This document shows positions 49,725 to 53,806 of a stretch of 53,806 bases of DNA, in pieces; positions within the stretch are counted from its first letter, which is position 1; the number at the start of each line of letters is the position of its first letter. Location of the stretch: NCBI GenBank assembly GCA_964525635.1, contig CAZGJX010000011.1, forward strand, positions 1 to 53,806, in the 5' to 3' direction. This DNA is from an uncultured archaeon. Lineage in GTDB: Archaea > Asgardarchaeota > Lokiarchaeia > Sigyniarchaeales > SOKP01. The notes under the pieces are model-generated. The model made no database searches. It saw only the letters and a program-made list of their open reading frames with translations, and was not told the origin of the DNA. The translations under genes and the position numbers were made by a program.

Positions 49725-50702
49725 ATGAGTGATTTTAAGATATTTATAAAAACTGGAAAATGTTCATCCTGTAGTAAATCTTTAGTAATACAAAGAAAAT
49801 ATAATAATGAAGATCTTTGTCCTGAATGTTTCACAATAGATATTGAAAATAAAATTTATAGTACGATAAAAGAATATAATCTGATTAATCCTTCTGATAA
49901 AATTATTGTTGGATTATCAGGTGGAAAAGATTCAATTACTCTTTTATATAACCTCAAGAAAATTCAAGAAAAATCACAATATTCAAACGAAATTATCGCA
50001 TTAATTATTGATGAAGGGATATCTAATTATAGAAATAAAAGTATTGCCTCAGCTAAAAAATTTTGTAAAGAAAATGAAATAGATTATAAAATAATTTCAT
50101 TTAAAGAAAGGATTGGAAAAACTCTTGAAGATATTATAATTCAAAAAAAGAATTCAAATGATTATGAATATGCATGCAATTATTGTGCTATTTTTAGGAG
50201 AAGATTATTAAATGACGGCGCAAAAGAATTAAAAGGAGATATCTTAGCTGTAGGTCATAATTTAACAGATATAGCAGAAACATTTTTAATGAATATCCTC
50301 TTTAAACGTTTCTCTTTAATAGCTCAAAAAAATATATTTGAAGTCAATTCTTCGAAGGATACCAATACTTATTATATTAAGAAAATTAAACCTCTAATGA
50401 AAATTCCAGAGGAAGAAATCTTCTTATACGTTAATATTAAGAATTTGACTTATTATCCTTCTCATTGTCCATATTCAAAACAAGATCCAATAATGAGAAG
50501 GAAAGTTCTTAATTTCATACAAAATAGTAAAAATTCCATTCCAGATGTTGAATTGAATTTATTAAATGGATATAATGCATTATCTCATTTATTAAAAAAA
50601 TACTATAAAATAGAGAGAAAAAATTATTGTCAAAATTGTGGTTATCCATGTAATAAAATAATATGTCAATATTGTAGCTATAAATCTGTTATAAAAAGCT
50701 AA
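49725..50702 (+). CDS. tRNA 2-thiolation protein, TtuA/Ncs6 family (TIGR00269-like)
   Basis: N-terminal CxxC/CxxC, SGGKDS, CNYC, GHNLTD, CPY, C-terminal zinc finger. Confidence 0.9.
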   Translation: MSDFKIFIKTGKCSSCSKSLVIQRKYNNEDLCPECFTIDIENKIYSTIKEYNLINPSDKIIVGLSGGKDSITLLYNLKKIQEKSQYSNEIIALIIDEGISNYRNKSIASAKKFCKENEIDYKIISFKERIGKTLEDIIIQKKNSNDYEYACNYCAIFRRRLLNDGAKELKGDILAVGHNLTDIAETFLMNILFKRFSLIAQKNIFEVNSSKDTNTYYIKKIKPLMKIPEEEIFLYVNIKNLTYYPSHCPYSKQDPIMRRKVLNFIQNSKNSIPDVELNLLNGYNALSHLLKKYYKIERKNYCQNCGYPCNKIICQYCSYKSVIKS

Positions 50703-50772
50703 ATAGGAGAAAGAGAATTACTTCTTTGAATTTTAGTTTTTTAGAAAACCTTTAGTCTATGAATTTATATAT

Positions 50773-51348
50773 ATGAATCAATATGATTATATTAAGATAT
50801 ATAATAGTATATTAAAAAACAACATGGATGGAATAATTTTATATTTTCTTTTAGGAGGACTATTTTTTGGTTTAATTCTCCTTTTAATTTATTGGATAAC
50901 TAAAATCTTATCAAAATCAAAATATAAAGACTACATTCCAGAGACAGCAAAGAGCTATAAATGTTTAGATGGTCATATCACAAGATCTAGAGGAGAAATG
51001 ATTATAGATAATCATTTATTTCGCTTAAATATTAAACATGAATATGAAGGTATTATTAAAGTAAATGGTTCCTCAATCATGTATGATTGGTTTTTACCCG
51101 ATTATAATGTATATATTGAATATTGGGGATATTTTGGGAAGGAATATTATAAAAGAAAAGAAGAAAAAATAAAATTATATAAAAAGGGAAAAATAAAATT
51201 GATATCTATTGAAGATATAATGCTTGAAAATATATATAAAAATCTTGAAAAAAAACTAGAAAAATACATTTCTTTAGATAAAATTAGAGAAAGAAAAATA
51301 TTTTGTCCCAAATGTGGAAAAAAATTAGATGAGAGATTTCACTATTAA
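50773..51348 (+). CDS. Membrane-anchored PD-(D/E)xK-like nuclease-fold protein
   Basis: N-terminal TM, DGH..RSRGE..IDN.L...HEYE...DWFL...YIEYWG...K...Y, C-terminal CPKC. Confidence 0.7.
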   Translation: MNQYDYIKIYNSILKNNMDGIILYFLLGGLFFGLILLLIYWITKILSKSKYKDYIPETAKSYKCLDGHITRSRGEMIIDNHLFRLNIKHEYEGIIKVNGSSIMYDWFLPDYNVYIEYWGYFGKEYYKRKEEKIKLYKKGKIKLISIEDIMLENIYKNLEKKLEKYISLDKIRERKIFCPKCGKKLDERFHY

Positions 51349-51465
51349 AATATACTCTAAAAATAAAAAATCAAGAATAATTAATCAATATCCATTCCTT
51401 TTTATACCTATCAAGAAATTTTTAATATTTATTGAATAATTCAACATAAAAAGTCTTTTTTAATC

Positions 51466-52173
51466 ATGAACGATTTAGATTCTTCTTGTTTGGTTGTATT
51501 TAGTGGTGGAATGGACTCTACAACTTGTTTATTATGGGCACTTAAGAAATTTCAAAACATATTCCTTATTACATTTAATTATAAGCAAAGACATAAAATT
51601 GAGTTACAATGCGCTACTAAAATTATAGATATACTAAATTCAGATAAACATAATATTCCATGGCTTTCAGAAAAAAAAATCCTTGAACATAAAATTATTG
51701 AAATACCTTTTCTATCAACACTACTAAAAACAGCTATGATTCAAGACATAGAAATAGAATATAATGAGGAAACTAACCTTCCTACTACTTTTGTTCCTGG
51801 TAGGAATATTCTTTTTTTAACGATTGCTGCAGCTTATGCTTATCAAAAAAAAATAAAACATATGGTCACAGGTGTTTGTCAGCAAGACTATTCCGGTTAT
51901 CCAGATTGTCGTGACGCTACTATGAAATCACTTCAAGCAACTTTAAAACTTGGATTAGATTATGATATAATAATTCACACTCCTTTAATGTGGAAATCTA
52001 AAGCAAATACAATTAAATTAATGGATAAATTGGAGGGATTAAATTTATATAAATATACTCATACCTGCTATAGAGGAGAACGTCCTGCTTGTGGAGAATG
52101 TTTTTCTTGTGAATTAAGATTAAAAGGTTTTAAGGAAGTAGGTTTAAAAGATCCATTAGAATATAAGTCCTGA
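51466..52173 (+). CDS. queC: 7-cyano-7-deazaguanine synthase
   Basis: SGGMDS, YKQRH, TFVPGRN, GYPDCR, TCY...CGECFSC. Confidence 0.96.
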   Translation: MNDLDSSCLVVFSGGMDSTTCLLWALKKFQNIFLITFNYKQRHKIELQCATKIIDILNSDKHNIPWLSEKKILEHKIIEIPFLSTLLKTAMIQDIEIEYNEETNLPTTFVPGRNILFLTIAAAYAYQKKIKHMVTGVCQQDYSGYPDCRDATMKSLQATLKLGLDYDIIIHTPLMWKSKANTIKLMDKLEGLNLYKYTHTCYRGERPACGECFSCELRLKGFKEVGLKDPLEYKS

Positions 52174-52193
52174 TAAATTAACTAAGAAATTAA

Positions 52194-52658
52194 TTATTCC
52201 TCATAAGAGGCGACTGAACTTTTTGATTCACCAACTTTTACTTTTATTTTTTTATCTTTATAGATTTCTTTTAATTTATCGTGAATATATTTTGCTAGAA
52301 TTTCACTTGTTGTAGCAGGTAAGGGAAGTAAACACACATCTGAACGTGGAAAAATATATTTTTTCATTGAGATATTAACTTCAATAGAATCTTCATATTC
52401 TATAATATTAATATCTTTAGACTTTGTTGGGATTAAAATAAAATGATCTAATGGCTCGGTTATTGATTTTAGCTTTTTTTTAAGTTCCATGAAATCAATA
52501 ACAAAAAAATTATCATCTAATTCATCACTCACTTCAACAGAAACATAATAATTATGACCATGAAGTCGTGAACATTTTGGATGTTCTTTTAGAAAATGAC
52601 AAGCACTAAATTTTACGGTTGTATCATTTACTATTACTTTATATCCCATTTTTTTCAT
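52194..52658 (-). CDS. queD: 6-carboxy-5,6,7,8-tetrahydropterin synthase
   Basis: FSACH...C..LHGHNY, IDF, LDH, TTSE.LA, terminal E. Confidence 0.92.
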   Translation of the reverse strand: MKKMGYKVIVNDTTVKFSACHFLKEHPKCSRLHGHNYYVSVEVSDELDDNFFVIDFMELKKKLKSITEPLDHFILIPTKSKDINIIEYEDSIEVNISMKKYIFPRSDVCLLPLPATTSEILAKYIHDKLKEIYKDKKIKVKVGESKSSVASYEE

Positions 52659-52817
52659 TCTATTTTGTTAATGGTTATTCTTTTATTTTATTTTTTATTA
52701 AGCAGAAGTAGGTCAATTAATTATAGACCTAAGATTAGAATAGGTTATTAAAACATTTGTATTAAATGAAGAAATAGATCAAGTTATTTAGTTTTTTATA
52801 TTTCAATTTCAATAATA

Positions 52818-53681
52818 TTATGGTAAATTAAGATATTTATGTGCTTGAATTGATAATGAGATTTGTTCTGAAGATAAAGATTCAGCAGCTTTATAGAATA
52901 ATTCATTTAGATGATCTATAGAAATTAAATATCTCTCTTTCAAATCTTCATCGATTAAATAAACGGGTTGTATTGCTAATCCTACACTTTCACCATTAGA
53001 ATATTCTATTTCTGATAAATTATGACAAATCCATCCAATATCTCCGATTTTTGTCTGTGATGTCACTATTATTTTTGCAAATATGTTAATATTCATCTCA
53101 ACAAATACCTTTATAAAATCTAATTCTTTTATCACTAATTCTTTCCAAGTCTTCTCTATAGATGATTGTGAACTCCTATCTTTTATATCGCAACAGCAAA
53201 AACGGAAATATTTAGCTAAAATATTTAATTGCTTTTTATTTGGGATTAACGTTCCATTTGTTTCTAAATAGAGAGGATAATTTATGTGATTATTTTCTAA
53301 AAATTCTGCAAAATCTAAAATAAAATCAAGTTGACATAAAGGTTCTCCTCCTGTGAAGCTAATAGAATGAAGGTCTTTAGTGATTAATTTTTGAATTATG
53401 TTAATTAAATTATCTTTTGTAATTGGATTTCTTAAATAATTATATCTTAATGATCCGGGGATTTCTTCAATTTTAGCTTTTGGAGGTTGTGGATCTTGAG
53501 CATTTATAGAATCACACCAAAAACAACCAGATGTACCATATAAACCATCAGATAAATTACATCCTGAAAATCTAATGAAAATTTGTCTTTTTCCAAAACA
53601 ACTTCCCCTAACTGTCCCCCCTTCTCCTTGAATTGATGAAAAAATTTCTGTAATGAAACTCTCCAATTTTACTTTATTCAT
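52818..53681 (-). CDS. queE: 7-carboxy-7-deazaguanine synthase (radical SAM)
   Basis: EIFSSIQGEG, FIRFSGCNL...CFWCD, FTGGEP, LETNG, QP, Q.HK. Confidence 0.93.
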   Translation of the reverse strand: MNKVKLESFITEIFSSIQGEGGTVRGSCFGKRQIFIRFSGCNLSDGLYGTSGCFWCDSINAQDPQPPKAKIEEIPGSLRYNYLRNPITKDNLINIIQKLITKDLHSISFTGGEPLCQLDFILDFAEFLENNHINYPLYLETNGTLIPNKKQLNILAKYFRFCCCDIKDRSSQSSIEKTWKELVIKELDFIKVFVEMNINIFAKIIVTSQTKIGDIGWICHNLSEIEYSNGESVGLAIQPVYLIDEDLKERYLISIDHLNELFYKAAESLSSEQISLSIQAHKYLNLP

Positions 53682-53806
53682 TATTATATTTTAATTTTTT
53701 AATAGTTTTCAAATTTTAGATTGATAAAAAGAAATGGTAAGAAATTTTAGAAATATTAATCAAATAAATCAAGAAACTGAAGATTAAAAGGATAATAATA
53801 TTAATT

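Noticed and set aside
51466-53681. queCDE as a DNA 7-deazaguanine modification or Qat/CBASS defence system
   Set aside because: Canonical enzymes with no dpdA, TGT-like, cyclase or Qat partners; archaeosine precursor synthesis explains them

Overview
This is a very AT-rich archaeal chromosomal window, most consistent with an Asgard archaeon of the Lokiarchaeia type. The basis is a TFB gene, archaeal BRE/TATA promoters, and two proteins ending in a (P/S)GY-TM-basic Loki-CTERM-like tail; the taxonomy is inference. Positions 1-32.7 kb are mostly intact genes: an ECF transporter with a divergent surface protein/DUF4430 pair, TFB, a dnaK-dnaJ-clpB operon without grpE, pyruvate kinase, an orphan N6-adenine DNA methyltransferase, a PAS histidine kinase, an OLD-type ATPase, a NitT/TauT ABC transporter and ferritin. 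Positions 32.8-46.3 kb hold sulfur/Fe-S genes (iscU, cysK, cysE) interleaved with eroding accessory DNA. That DNA contains several broken genes, a ~350 bp diverged duplication, and a sirtuin surrounded by three paralogues of a small Cys/Trp-rich protein family. Positions 46.3-53.8 kb carry nadA, iscS, larE, a ttuA-like gene, a membrane-anchored nuclease-like gene and queC/queD/queE. I saw no tRNA, rRNA, CRISPR array or intact transposase. Best leads: the sirtuin/small-protein module; twin 16-bp operators in the ECF divergent promoter; QueE with a CX11CX2C motif; zinc-finger-fused CysE; a TsaA fusion with a hidden His-rich N-terminal domain; and unannotated microproteins. All family assignments come from motif recognition by eye, with no database searches.
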